Virus record (IMG/VR): IMGVR_UViG_3300010885_055091
Coordinates: 1 to 64,000 of that record
Length of the DNA: 64,000 nucleotides
Origin: an uncultured virus (IMG/VR IMGVR_UViG_3300010885_055091)
Taxonomy: Duplodnaviria > Heunggongvirae > Uroviricota > Caudoviricetes
Reading direction: 5' to 3' (one strand)
Shown: piece by piece, positions 1 through 12,662 of the stretch
How positions within the stretch are numbered: position 1 is the first letter of the stretch
Layout of the letters: every line of letters begins with the position of its first letter
Position numbers and translations under genes: made by a program
Notes under the pieces: model-generated
Told to the model about the DNA's origin: nothing
Database searches by the model: none
The model's input: only the letters and a program-made list of their open reading frames with translations

Positions 1-1983
<1,983 letters not shown>

Positions 1984-2023
1984 TTATTAAGAATCTCTTA
2001 TTGTTTGTACTGTATTTTAAAAT

Positions 2024-2317
2024 ATGAAAACAAGTAAACTCTCTAGTTTGTTTGAATTTGGATTAATATTTGAGATCAATAGGCAGGTTTTGCATCCCTT
2101 GGGATATTCACTAGCATTTAAAAAGGGGGACGAGGAAGAACCTGACTCATTAGTTCTTCTAAAAACAGATGATGAGGAAGGCTGTTTATTTCCAGAATCC
2201 AATTTTATGGATGGTGCTTCTAGGTTTTCCATGTTCATGAGAAACCATGGAGAGGAAGCAATTAAAAACCGCGTTCAAAAATTAGGGTTTATTAGACAGA
2301 CTAGGTCTGATCAGTGA
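2024..2317 (+). CDS. Conserved phage hypothetical protein
   Basis: 97-aa ORF; GLIFEINRQVLHPLGYSL resembles a motif seen in small phage hypothetical proteins. Confidence 0.75.
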   Translation: MKTSKLSSLFEFGLIFEINRQVLHPLGYSLAFKKGDEEEPDSLVLLKTDDEEGCLFPESNFMDGASRFSMFMRNHGEEAIKNRVQKLGFIRQTRSDQ

Positions 2318-2487
2318 TATCTATATTTTTACTACTGGTAATTTCAGTAGGAATTATCGCTTTATTAAGTCGGATTAGTAGTCATTCGCCTCAAAGTCAT
2401 GACCTACATACTAATAAGCTCAGGCGTTTTTATTTAAACACTGCTATAGATAATGAAAGATTCTCGCGTCGTGATGAGTATCGTTAA
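2314..2487 (+). CDS. Small single-pass membrane protein (57 aa)
   Basis: GTGA start/stop overlap with the upstream gene; MISIFLLLVISVGIIALLSR... hydrophobic N-terminus; TAA at 2485-2487. Not listed in the ORF track. Confidence 0.55.
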   Translation: MISIFLLLVISVGIIALLSRISSHSPQSHDLHTNKLRRFYLNTAIDNERFSRRDEYR

Positions 2488-2612
2488 TTTTTTGTCGTCT
2501 TTATCTGATTCAGAATGAGATGATTTACCTCGTCCAATAGAGCAAAAAATCATCACACCACTCAGACACATAACATTATTTAAACTGTTAGTGACGGGAG
2601 AAAGAAGAAATT

Positions 2613-3086
2613 ATGAGCAGCATTTCTCGTATATCAAGTTTGATCCAGCAACTTGCTTCGACCGATCCTAAAAATCCTGAGGTTGAGGTCATTACAAATA
2701 TGCTGGTTACCGAACTCGGTTCAGGTCATACAGCTTCTGATTCGATGAATCCGGACGTGCTTCTTGGGCAAATCAAGAAACTGCACACTGCGGCAGTAGT
2801 TCCTGCTGCAAATTATGCTAAGATAGCAAATATTACTGCGGGATTAGCCCGTCTTGTCGAAATTTCTCGACGTCCTCAAAATTCGAAAATGCGTCCTCGC
2901 GTTGCCCAGATCGTGTCAAGATTGGCTGGGATATTCTCGGAGTGTGATACTGCCGATGAGTTATCGTCACATTCTCTTCTAGAGATTGAAGAAGCAGTCC
3001 ATAAGTTATATAGTAATGGCACACTGAATAAGCCCAGCACATATAACTTTCAGACCCGTGGTAAGGGACATCACGGCGAGTCTTGA
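2613..3086 (+). CDS. Hypothetical protein (helical)
   Basis: 157-aa ORF with purine-rich leader (gggagaaagaagaa). Confidence 0.75.
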   Translation: MSSISRISSLIQQLASTDPKNPEVEVITNMLVTELGSGHTASDSMNPDVLLGQIKKLHTAAVVPAANYAKIANITAGLARLVEISRRPQNSKMRPRVAQIVSRLAGIFSECDTADELSSHSLLEIEEAVHKLYSNGTLNKPSTYNFQTRGKGHHGES

Positions 3087-3092
3087 GGTATT

Positions 3093-3689
<597 letters not shown>

Positions 3690-3992
3690 CTACTCTCTAG
3701 CTCTTTTAGTTCTTTGGCTTCTATAGATTCGTAGTCTGGCGCAGTTAGCACAAAGTAGTACGCATTTCGATGCCTCTGATATTATCGTGGATTTCGATTT
3801 AATCAGCATTTTTGAAATATTGTGTTGTGCGGCGTTTTCTCTAACGAAGTCCATTTGACAATGATGAAATCCTTCGCCGCAATCTTTACATGGGTTTGAT
3901 TTTAATATATTCAACAATTCCCTAGCTTCAAATTTTCGTCTTGCATTTTGTTGCTTTCTATGGATTTTTATGCTATCTAAAGAATGATTCAT
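3690..3992 (-). CDS. HNH-like zinc-binding protein, catalytic His apparently lost
   Basis: CKDCG...QMDFVRE...KCVLLCANCARLR follows the phage HNH pattern CxxCG..DFDH..KCxLLCANCHR but lacks both histidines. Confidence 0.65.
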   Translation of the reverse strand: MNHSLDSIKIHRKQQNARRKFEARELLNILKSNPCKDCGEGFHHCQMDFVRENAAQHNISKMLIKSKSTIISEASKCVLLCANCARLRIYRSQRTKRARE

Positions 3993-4053
3993 ATTTTATA
4001 ATTAATAAATACATTAACAGATTAATAACTAGTAGTAATTAGAGGATTTAAAA

Positions 4054-4740
4054 ATGGCAAGACCTAATGACACTTATCTGTACACAGTAGGTAGTAGTCC
4101 TAATACAAGAGTAGCTATTTCTCAAAAGAATAGAGTATTTAGTAAGCCTTACAGTGGCCAGAGTCCCGGCCTTTTTAAACAAGTAGGGGTTCTTGCCACT
4201 TTCGACTACACGGAATCCCGATCAATTGATCCGGTTCGAGGGGTAGGTTTTGGGGATAAAATCGCTGAGTTAGTGCCGGGTGTTACCGACCCAATGGGCA
4301 TGACCCTGAACCGCACCCTTTTATATACCGCTGGGATTGTTCAGGAACTAGGATATAAGGGTGGTGTTGATGGTATTGTTCGTTCATTACGCCAGCATAA
4401 ATGGCCATTTGATATACAATCCGAACTTGTATTTTCAGAGTTAGTAAACAAGGCTGACAATAATCAGTTTGGGGGTGGGCAAAATGAAATTGGCGGTCCA
4501 GGTGGAGGGTTCTCCTTAATAACTTATTTTAAGGGATGCTGGCTAGAACAATATTCAGTAAGCTTCCCTAGTGATTCTGCAATCGTAATGGAAGATGCCT
4601 CTGCTAAGGTCACGGACGTTACGGACGGAACCACACAATACCAGCCAGGCGATCCTAACTCTTACGGCGAATCTCTCGAATCTGGAAACAACCCATTCTT
4701 ACAGTCGGGTTCAGGTTCTTTACTCTACGGTCCATTTTAG
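4054..4740 (+). CDS. Putative tail tube protein
   Basis: 228 aa, strong SD (agagga); RGVGFGDKIAELVPG, WPFDI and ITYFKGCWLEQYSVSF..AIVMEDA resemble the myovirus tube fold; lies upstream of the tape measure; followed by a terminator. Confidence 0.7.
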   Translation: MARPNDTYLYTVGSSPNTRVAISQKNRVFSKPYSGQSPGLFKQVGVLATFDYTESRSIDPVRGVGFGDKIAELVPGVTDPMGMTLNRTLLYTAGIVQELGYKGGVDGIVRSLRQHKWPFDIQSELVFSELVNKADNNQFGGGQNEIGGPGGGFSLITYFKGCWLEQYSVSFPSDSAIVMEDASAKVTDVTDGTTQYQPGDPNSYGESLESGNNPFLQSGSGSLLYGPF

Positions 4741-4748
4741 TCACCGTA

Positions 4749-4796
4749 ACAACAAAGGCCAATGGGTTTTATACCTGTTGGCCTTTGTTGTGTTTG
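4749..4796 (+). terminator. Intrinsic terminator-like hairpin after the tube gene
   Basis: 14-bp perfect arms acaacaaaggccaa (4749-4762) / ttggcctttgttgt (4778-4791), extendable with G-U pairs, followed by gttt. Confidence 0.75.
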
Positions 4797-4811
4797 GTAT
4801 AGTAATGTGTT

Positions 4812-5720
4812 ATGGAAGATTTTATACTAGAGTTAGAGAATAATCTATCGAACGTCGGTGCTAAAAAACTGTGGAAGAGACAAGTAGGAGCCACTTTATT
4901 GTGGTTGGCTCCTATTACTTTATCCGGTCAGGAAAGAGTAAATGAAGTATTGTCGAATTCTGACTCACTTGGTATGAATGTAGTAAATGAAACTAAACGA
5001 GTGACTCTCGCATATGCCATGGTCGGTATAAATGACTTGGACTTAAGAGAATACCGAGATAGCACCCCCAGATTTCCTCATAAAGGTAAAGATGGTAAAA
5101 CATTCAAGGTATCCTTGGATAAATATTTATACTTTAAGATGCAGGATTGGAGTTCTCAATTCATAGATGATGCCTTTAGTATTTACGCTGATTTATTGGA
5201 GACTGATCAGAAGGAAAATCTAAAGGGTATAAAATTCGAGAATGCTTTGTCGCCCACTGATGAACTTCTCGAACTCGAAAGACGATCTTCGGAGATTCGT
5301 CAACAGTTGAATATGCCCTTATTGGTAGAACCACCAAACCTTGAAGCTAAGGAATATAAATTAACTGACCAAAAAGCAGCGATACTAAAGGAAACTGATT
5401 CAAAGCCTGTTGTTGAATTAGATTTCGATCCCTTTGCTCGTGTAGTGTCTAATCTGGCGTCACCCGCAGAAGAAAAAGCAGACACTGCGGTCAAGGCGGA
5501 GGGCGCTCCTGATATGAGTGTGACCTCTCCGGCCCAGAATTTCACCGCCACCCCGAAGGGAGCTCCAATGATAGATGTGGAGCTCATCTCTCCCTTTGCT
5601 TCGCAAAGCAACACGAATTCGGACGTTATAGATAAACCGTCCGAAAAATTGACCTCGGCTCCTATAATTGACCCTCAAGTAATAAATGTCAATCCACGCT
5701 TTTCACCTCCATTGAGGTAA
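4812..5720 (+). CDS. Putative tail assembly chaperone / hypothetical protein
   Basis: 302-aa ORF between tube and tape measure; call is positional only. Confidence 0.5.
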   Translation: MEDFILELENNLSNVGAKKLWKRQVGATLLWLAPITLSGQERVNEVLSNSDSLGMNVVNETKRVTLAYAMVGINDLDLREYRDSTPRFPHKGKDGKTFKVSLDKYLYFKMQDWSSQFIDDAFSIYADLLETDQKENLKGIKFENALSPTDELLELERRSSEIRQQLNMPLLVEPPNLEAKEYKLTDQKAAILKETDSKPVVELDFDPFARVVSNLASPAEEKADTAVKAEGAPDMSVTSPAQNFTATPKGAPMIDVELISPFASQSNTNSDVIDKPSEKLTSAPIIDPQVINVNPRFSPPLR

Positions 5721-5723
5721 AAA

Positions 5724-6860
5724 TTGGAAGATGCGCGCCAAAAGAAGAATAGTGGGCGCATAGAAGTAAGCGTCCCTAAAAATTATTCTCCAATCGATGA
5801 TTCTGTTTGGGAAGATGCAGAATCATATATATTTCAAGGATTCCTAACTAGTCACGCAGTTATTCAGAATCAATTTTTTGTTTTTAAAACTCTGAATCAT
5901 CTGGAAATGCGCCAGATAGAATTCATGCGGCCTTCTACTAATTCGGATTTAGAACGCAGAAATTTCTTTAGAGCAGCATTTATTGCCCAAAGTATATTCA
6001 TAGTAAATGGAAATAATTCTTTAGTAGATCGAGAGAAGAGCATTACAAAGTTAGTAAAAGTGATTTCTAAGTTAGGTTCCGCACATCAGGAAAAAATATT
6101 CGAAAATCTTAAGTCACTAAATGAACGAGCTTCTCGTGCTTTTCCTCTTATAGAAATATACTCATTTGAAAACAGGTCAAGATTCAAGTGGCTCCAGCAT
6201 GGCGGCACCCCCATCAATAGTGTCAATAATACTGGAATCTCAGGGACGGATTCTTTGGGACTGAATTGGGCGCAGTCTATGTGGACTGCTCTAAATAAAA
6301 TATATGATAGAAAAGATCAAGATGAAAAAGATTGGCAAAATGCGAAGTTTATAGGCGGTTGCTTCGCGGGTAAGGGCATAAGGGCCTTAGATGATAAAGA
6401 TAGGATGAGAGCCGAGAGGGAAAAAAAGGAAAAAGAAGAATTAAAATTAAAGGTATTAAGACAATACTTAAATCGTTCGACCAAGAAATTAGAATCGCCA
6501 GTTGAGACCGTTATACTTCCAGACGGAAGACAGGCGGAAGTAATTAATAGATTTAGAGCTGACAGTGCTGAAGATTTGGCTCGTCAGCTTTCATCTGCTT
6601 TGAACAATGAAAAAGACTCTCACGATTTAGCGGTAGAAACTCATTTTAGGAATGTAAATGGTCGAAGTCTTGAAATCCATAACGAGAGACAAAATCTTAT
6701 CAATATATCGAGCCATAAACCACTGAATGAAAACTCAGGGTCATCTGTTTTAACGAGAAGTGAAGCTGAAGAAAGAGTCAAAAGACTCAAAGATTTATTA
6801 ATCAGTCCGGAACAACATATTATTCCGGAAATTAAGAATTCAAGTTCTGATACACGGTGA
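5724..6860 (+). CDS. Putative tail assembly protein / hypothetical protein
   Basis: 378-aa ORF, TTG start preceded by GAGGT; directly upstream of the tape measure gene. Confidence 0.5.
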   Translation: MEDARQKKNSGRIEVSVPKNYSPIDDSVWEDAESYIFQGFLTSHAVIQNQFFVFKTLNHLEMRQIEFMRPSTNSDLERRNFFRAAFIAQSIFIVNGNNSLVDREKSITKLVKVISKLGSAHQEKIFENLKSLNERASRAFPLIEIYSFENRSRFKWLQHGGTPINSVNNTGISGTDSLGLNWAQSMWTALNKIYDRKDQDEKDWQNAKFIGGCFAGKGIRALDDKDRMRAEREKKEKEELKLKVLRQYLNRSTKKLESPVETVILPDGRQAEVINRFRADSAEDLARQLSSALNNEKDSHDLAVETHFRNVNGRSLEIHNERQNLINISSHKPLNENSGSSVLTRSEAEERVKRLKDLLISPEQHIIPEIKNSSSDTR

Positions 6861-6867
6861 AATTACG

Positions 6868-9800
6868 ATGGCCGACCGTGAATTAAATATCAATATACCT
6901 GTATCTCCTACTTTAGATAGAAAGGCAGTTACAGATTTACGCCGGGACTTAAGCCAAATGATGAATTCTATCGAGAAGATAGATAATAATATAGGGGGAA
7001 AAACCATCAAATCAGCTGCGGCCACAGCAAAACAATTAAAAGATATCGCTAAAAGCGCTGCGCAGTTTACAAGTGCCTTATCGAGAGGTACATCAGACGC
7101 TTTCAAGGAATTTGATAAATTATCTAAAGAAATAAATCAAAAACGGAACGAGGCTAAAAAGTATGCGGAAGAGTTATCAACGTTAGGTGATGATAGTCCT
7201 GCAAAAGCCCAGTTGGAAACTAAACTAGCCGAGACAGAAGCTAAACTAGATGATTTAACGAAATCGGGAAGTGCTTTGATGAAGGGGAATCAAAAGTACT
7301 TAAAAGTTGTAAAACTATTAAGCAAGGAACAGGAAAAACAGTTAAAAAAGGCTAAATCAATGGCTTCTTACGGTAAGGGTGATCTTGCCAAAGGAGTATT
7401 CGGAAGCTTAAAAAGAGGTGGTCCCGGTGCTGTTGCGGGGGTAGCAGAAGCACTAGGTGAGGGTATGTTATCGAGTCGTTCTCGAAAAGCTTTAGCTGCA
7501 AAGCGAGAAGAAAAGCGCCTCACCAAATTATCAAGGAGACAATTAAAAGCAGGAGACGTAGCTGGGTCCGAATCATCATCATTGGCTGCTGCCTCTTCCG
7601 GTGCTCAAGCAGCTAAATTACTAGCTAGTTTAGGCCCCATGGCGCTTGCAATAGCCGGGACCGTAGCTGCTGTAGGAGGTCTTGCCTATGGATTGGTCAA
7701 GGCTAGTCAGTATATATCGGGTCTCAATAAATCACTGGTTGAAAATATTCCAACCGTAGCTGATTCTACTTATTCTACTAGTAATTATACTAAAGCGTTG
7801 GACGAAATGCGGACCTCGTTGCTTGAAAATGAAGAAACTATTAATATGTTAGGAGGTACTCTAGAACAGTCAGCAAAGGGTGCCAATGCCTTCAGCACTG
7901 GTGTTGGTGGCTTTGTGCGAGGATATAATTTAATCGAGCAAATGGATGGGGGGATGAAGGCTTTTCAGACAAATTTAATCGTATATGGGAAAAGTTTAGG
8001 AATGACTACTGAGGAAGTAGGAACCCGAATAGCTTCATTTTATACTGATTATGGTTACGGTGCTAAATCTGCAAATGATATGTTCGTGGCATTAATAGAT
8101 AATGCTCGTGCTGCTAATATGCCGGTTAATAAATTCATGAACATATTTGACGAAACTATTCCTGGGCTCAGTTTATATACGAATAGGATGGAAGAACTTA
8201 CCAATATCATGAGAATGCTTAGTAAAACTATGAGTCCGGACCAAGTTCGTCAATTCATGCAAGCCCTTGGGCGTGGGTTTAAGGGCAAAGGTCCCATGGA
8301 TAGACTCCATGATGTCTTAATAGCTGGCCAAGAAAAGTCAGGAGAATTTAAAATGTCCGGCATACTTAAAGAAGATTTCGCTGGAAAAATGACAGACCTT
8401 ACAAGGGATATGGGTGATGAGTTATCCGTAAGTCTTCGCCGAGCCTTTGCTTCAGGTAACGAAACAGAATTCTTACGAGCCATCAAAAAAGCAGAAACAA
8501 ACCCAACAATACCACCTGCAAAATTGGGTGCGTTAAAGGATACATTTTATGCTGAAAAGATGAGACAAAAGGGAGACCCCCTGAGTTTAGCTACGGCTGC
8601 AAAAGCAGGTAGTACTGTGTCATTAGTCAAAAGTATACAAGCTAAGGGTCAAAATATATTTGGTGATAAATTCGATCGATTTCAAGGAATTTCGGAAATT
8701 GCAGGCCAGAAAATCGGAATTAGCAGTGAGGAACAGGAGGCTTATAATAGTATGATTGCGGCGATAAAAGAAAACATGGTAGCCATCCATGATAATGGTA
8801 CGACACAATCTCGTGCGCTTGATAAAGCGTTAGCTGAACAAGTAGGTAGAAGGCTAGGAAAAAACCCCCTCGATCTTACTCTCCAAGAATTCCAGACTGC
8901 TACACAAGATGATATGTTAAAGGCGTTATCATATCATCAAGAGAACTTAAATAAAATGGATGATGATAAAGACATACAAAAACTTATACGTGATAAAACT
9001 ACCTCTATAGATGAGAAAATAACTCAGGTTATAGCCAGACTTCTTCATAAAATATCCGAAACTGTGATGAATATATATGATAAAATAAGCAGTTGGTTTA
9101 CTTCGTCTACAGCCGTCGATAAAAGTGAAAAACGTTATATTCCTAAATTAGAATCATATAGAGAACAGTATATGGCTCTAGATGATAAAGATGTAAAAAA
9201 TAAAGGAATGATATCGAAATCAGAATATAGTGGTGTGTATAGACGTGCCATTGAACTAGCGGGCACGGATTTAGGCAGAGATAAATTAGGAAATTCGCAA
9301 GTAGTAATGCAAAAGGCAGTTGAAGAAACGTTTGATACCAATATTTTGAAGAATTTAGATGCAGACCAATTGCGTTCTGTCGGCATAAGTCCCGATCAAT
9401 TTATAAAGGGGACTTTTACCCAACAAGAAGATGGTAGTCTTAAAAAAGAAGAATTAAATCTCCTTGATGTAATGAAGAGAGGAGAATTCGGATATCTTAG
9501 TCCCAGAGAATTTTTAGCTCTAGCTGAAATACCAGGCATGAAACTTGGTCGCGGTGCCTCCAGTAGAGGAACACATAATTATGACATGCCCGTGGAGAAG
9601 ATAAAGCCTAAAGCAGAAGCTGATGATACAATAAGAGATGTAGAAGCTCATAAAGCGAAATTCGCGGAAGGCGGGTTTGGGATGGCTTCGGGAGCTAATA
9701 GCTCGTCGTTTGGTGCCAATGCGATGTCGAGTTTTATGAAGGTGTTTCAAAGCGTTGGCAGTGTTTTTGGTGGTTCGCCTGTTGGCACAGGCTCAACAAC

Positions 9801-10341
9801 CGCAGAAAGTCCTGTTGCAAAAACCGCCGAATCTACAGCTGATACAGCTGATACCCTAAATAAGGGAGTCGTAAATGAAATAGGTAATGTGGCTGAACTA
9901 GTGGGCAAGAATGCAAATGCATTTTTTGCGTCAATGAAGGAAGCGGTCCGAGGAGGCGTTGAAGTGCCTTTATATGACCATGCTTTATTTTTAGCCAAGA
10001 TCCAAGCCGACCCTGATTATGCTAAACTTGGGACTGCTAAAAATTTACCTCCCCAGGGACTTCATGTGCTTTCAGGTTTTTTCAAAAATGATGGAGAAAC
10101 TTTTGATGATGCATTCTCCAGAACATTTAATAATACGCCGCAATTTGCTGATGGTGGAGTGATGCCACACACGGGTTTGGCTTTGCTTCATGCTGGAGAA
10201 ATTGTGACCAACCCGGCGAAGGGTCAAAGTACTGGTCCCGCTTCCGTAGTGATTAACTTACCATTTATGTCGAATGCTACTCCCGGACAAGTTGCTCGGG
10301 CTGTGGCTGGAGAAATGTACCGAATTTTCAATATTAAGTGA
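6868..10341 (+). CDS. Tape measure protein
   Basis: 1157 aa, Ala/Lys-rich helical/coiled-coil, hydrophobic segment LGPMALAIAGTVAAVGGLAYGLV, C-terminal FADGGVMPHTGLALLHAGEIV motif typical of TMP ends; position after tube. Confidence 0.8.
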   Translation: MADRELNINIPVSPTLDRKAVTDLRRDLSQMMNSIEKIDNNIGGKTIKSAAATAKQLKDIAKSAAQFTSALSRGTSDAFKEFDKLSKEINQKRNEAKKYAEELSTLGDDSPAKAQLETKLAETEAKLDDLTKSGSALMKGNQKYLKVVKLLSKEQEKQLKKAKSMASYGKGDLAKGVFGSLKRGGPGAVAGVAEALGEGMLSSRSRKALAAKREEKRLTKLSRRQLKAGDVAGSESSSLAAASSGAQAAKLLASLGPMALAIAGTVAAVGGLAYGLVKASQYISGLNKSLVENIPTVADSTYSTSNYTKALDEMRTSLLENEETINMLGGTLEQSAKGANAFSTGVGGFVRGYNLIEQMDGGMKAFQTNLIVYGKSLGMTTEEVGTRIASFYTDYGYGAKSANDMFVALIDNARAANMPVNKFMNIFDETIPGLSLYTNRMEELTNIMRMLSKTMSPDQVRQFMQALGRGFKGKGPMDRLHDVLIAGQEKSGEFKMSGILKEDFAGKMTDLTRDMGDELSVSLRRAFASGNETEFLRAIKKAETNPTIPPAKLGALKDTFYAEKMRQKGDPLSLATAAKAGSTVSLVKSIQAKGQNIFGDKFDRFQGISEIAGQKIGISSEEQEAYNSMIAAIKENMVAIHDNGTTQSRALDKALAEQVGRRLGKNPLDLTLQEFQTATQDDMLKALSYHQENLNKMDDDKDIQKLIRDKTTSIDEKITQVIARLLHKISETVMNIYDKISSWFTSSTAVDKSEKRYIPKLESYREQYMALDDKDVKNKGMISKSEYSGVYRRAIELAGTDLGRDKLGNSQVVMQKAVEETFDTNILKNLDADQLRSVGISPDQFIKGTFTQQEDGSLKKEELNLLDVMKRGEFGYLSPREFLALAEIPGMKLGRGASSRGTHNYDMPVEKIKPKAEADDTIRDVEAHKAKFAEGGFGMASGANSSSFGANAMSSFMKVFQSVGSVFGGSPVGTGSTTAESPVAKTAESTADTADTLNKGVVNEIGNVAELVGKNANAFFASMKEAVRGGVEVPLYDHALFLAKIQADPDYAKLGTAKNLPPQGLHVLSGFFKNDGETFDDAFSRTFNNTPQFADGGVMPHTGLALLHAGEIVTNPAKGQSTGPASVVINLPFMSNATPGQVARAVAGEMYRIFNIK

Positions 10342-10946
10342 ACATGCCTGGACCATCCATAAAATACCCCAGATACTCGGGCGGACTATTACCACAGGAT
10401 TACCAAGGAGGTAAACCTATACTATTTACTGTAGCTCAATTTGGCGGCACAGACCCCATGTATGACGTAGCCCTCGCATTGTATGTGAACCCTAGTGAAC
10501 TATCTGAAACTTATACGAAATCCAAAAATGTGGTGATGACTTATGGGGGGTTTGTCGAATGGGTGTGGCCCGATGAAATATCGAGCGTTTCTGCTAGTGG
10601 TTCTACAGGAGGTTTCATAAGTCCCTCGCAAGGATACACTGCAGCTTCTTCTAAACAGGTGGGAGCTTTCGGGGCATTGACGGGGAGAAGAGGAACACTA
10701 GCATATGAACGGTTTACTGATTTATTGGAATTATTTAGGTCTAATGGAATGGTGTATGATTCAGATGGTACTCCCGTTGTGCGTTCGACTGTTTTAATGA
10801 TTTGGGATAAAGGTGTATATAATGGACACTTCAGCACCTTTAGTATAAATGAGGATGATGTTAATCCCTTCACCTTAAATCTGTCCTGGGAATTTAAAAT
10901 AGAGAGCGTTGTTTATAAAATATTAGGGAACCCTAGAGAAAGATGA
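10338..10946 (+). CDS. Putative tail tube initiator / baseplate tube-like protein
   Basis: LYVNPSELSETYTK...TYGGFVE...YNGHFSTFSINEDDVNPFTLNLSWEF; directly after the TMP with GTGA overlap. Confidence 0.6.
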   Translation: MNMPGPSIKYPRYSGGLLPQDYQGGKPILFTVAQFGGTDPMYDVALALYVNPSELSETYTKSKNVVMTYGGFVEWVWPDEISSVSASGSTGGFISPSQGYTAASSKQVGAFGALTGRRGTLAYERFTDLLELFRSNGMVYDSDGTPVVRSTVLMIWDKGVYNGHFSTFSINEDDVNPFTLNLSWEFKIESVVYKILGNPRER

Positions 10947-12661
10947 CTAATCAAAGCAATCAGAGCGGTGGTTTTAATATTTCTCAGTTATATACTCAGA
11001 ATACATATTTTAATATTACTGGTTTTCTTGATAATTTAAATAAGAACAGTGTTATAGCTCATGAAGCGGTGAATGAATCATTTTATTCAATAGTATCAAC
11101 AAATAGACATGCTTCAGACCGTCCTTTTATCATAGGATTCATCCCCCCAGATTTCAATATAAACTTTATTCCTTATATATCAAAATTAGGGAAAAAAGTA
11201 GCAGCTACCACCTCCAAAGGTGTACAAATAAAACAGCCTAATGCTAAAACAGGCCAAAATACAATACTTACACAGCAGGAAATTTCGGCACAAGTAGCAG
11301 TAGCATCTAAAGGATTCAAGTTTAGTTTACTTAAACAGTGGACCGATGAAGATTTTGACTCCATTGTAGGTGAATTGGCTGGAAAGGTGCCACAAATGGA
11401 CCCTGTTGATTTATGGTGGGGAATAGCTGCCGAGTCTGCGTTTAATCCTAATGCAGTTAATTGGGGGGGAGATAAGACTAAGCAGACACCTAGTGCTGCT
11501 GGCTTAATCCAATTTAACCCTGGTGGGCCTATTCAAAAAAAAGAAGACGCTGGAAAAGCGTTGGGGCCAGGAGAAATTATGACTTATGATGATTGGTTAA
11601 CCATTAAGGATAAATCTGTTTCTGAACAGGCCCCCTATATAGCTGACTATTTCGCAATAAAGGCAAAGGCCAAGAAGAAGGGGAGCAGCGATTCCCTTTA
11701 TCCTTTTCAAGATCCATGGAACGTATACGCAGCCGTTAACGGTGGTTCTTATGATGCGACTTCTCCTGACGAGCAAATAATTTATCCTGCTGGATCGGCT
11801 GCGGCTAATGGGAATAAGGCATATCAAGATGATGATGGTAATGTGACGGTCGGACAGGTAAAGGATACTGTAGGTACTCTCTATCCTCGTTCCGGGGCAG
11901 GTTGGGATTATTGGAAACAAAACGTTAGAGCTGCTCAGGAAAGGTTAAAATCCGGACCACCTACTCGTGATTTCGTAGACTCTAGAACTCCTGGTGCTCA
12001 GGGGTTAGGAGTGGCTGGCGGAATTATGACGAGTATAAATATAATAGATAAACCTGAAGATCCTTATGCAGCGTACGGTAGAAACTTGTTGGTAGATGAC
12101 GGCAGGAAAAAGTATACAGATGCCGTAGTAAGAGAATTAAATCAACAAGTGGAGCGGGTCTCTGCCACTCCTTCATTATTATTATACATAAATCCAACTT
12201 CCTTTAACAGATCTCATCAGCATACCATAGATTATGCAGGTGGTTGGAGAGGTAATATTATAAGTATGTGGCTAGAACAGCCCATACAAATTCAAGGATC
12301 CGGAACTACTTCTGGTCAATATGTGGTTGATTCTCTCGGAAACGGCGGAATTACTAATACGAATAGAATATATAGTTTATCATATGCAAATCTTCAGTCA
12401 ATGCTAATGATGTATCAAAATAATGGTTGGATATATTCAGGAGAATTATACAATGCATCTAACAAGGGAGTTCCCGTTATTGGGATGTCGATTTTTATAT
12501 ATTATGATGGTCACATTTACATTGGTTCCTTCGATTCATTTAAAATCAGTGATAATGCTTTAAAGCCTTTTAGCTTAGACTATGATTTTACTTTTACGGT
12601 AAGATATGATGTAGCTTTGTTGGATTCTGTAGGAGAAGCTAACGCTCAAGGAATTCCGTAA
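10943..12661 (+). CDS. Baseplate protein with lytic transglycosylase (SLT/lysozyme-like) domain and C-terminal tube-initiator-like domain
   Basis: IAAESAFNPNAVN...SAAGLIQF (catalytic Glu-Ser and GLxQ motifs); C-terminus LYINPTSFNRSHQH...YIGSFDSFKISDNALKPFSLDYDFTF parallels 10338..10946. Confidence 0.7.
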   Translation: MTNQSNQSGGFNISQLYTQNTYFNITGFLDNLNKNSVIAHEAVNESFYSIVSTNRHASDRPFIIGFIPPDFNINFIPYISKLGKKVAATTSKGVQIKQPNAKTGQNTILTQQEISAQVAVASKGFKFSLLKQWTDEDFDSIVGELAGKVPQMDPVDLWWGIAAESAFNPNAVNWGGDKTKQTPSAAGLIQFNPGGPIQKKEDAGKALGPGEIMTYDDWLTIKDKSVSEQAPYIADYFAIKAKAKKKGSSDSLYPFQDPWNVYAAVNGGSYDATSPDEQIIYPAGSAAANGNKAYQDDDGNVTVGQVKDTVGTLYPRSGAGWDYWKQNVRAAQERLKSGPPTRDFVDSRTPGAQGLGVAGGIMTSINIIDKPEDPYAAYGRNLLVDDGRKKYTDAVVRELNQQVERVSATPSLLLYINPTSFNRSHQHTIDYAGGWRGNIISMWLEQPIQIQGSGTTSGQYVVDSLGNGGITNTNRIYSLSYANLQSMLMMYQNNGWIYSGELYNASNKGVPVIGMSIFIYYDGHIYIGSFDSFKISDNALKPFSLDYDFTFTVRYDVALLDSVGEANAQGIP

Positions 12662-12662
12662 T

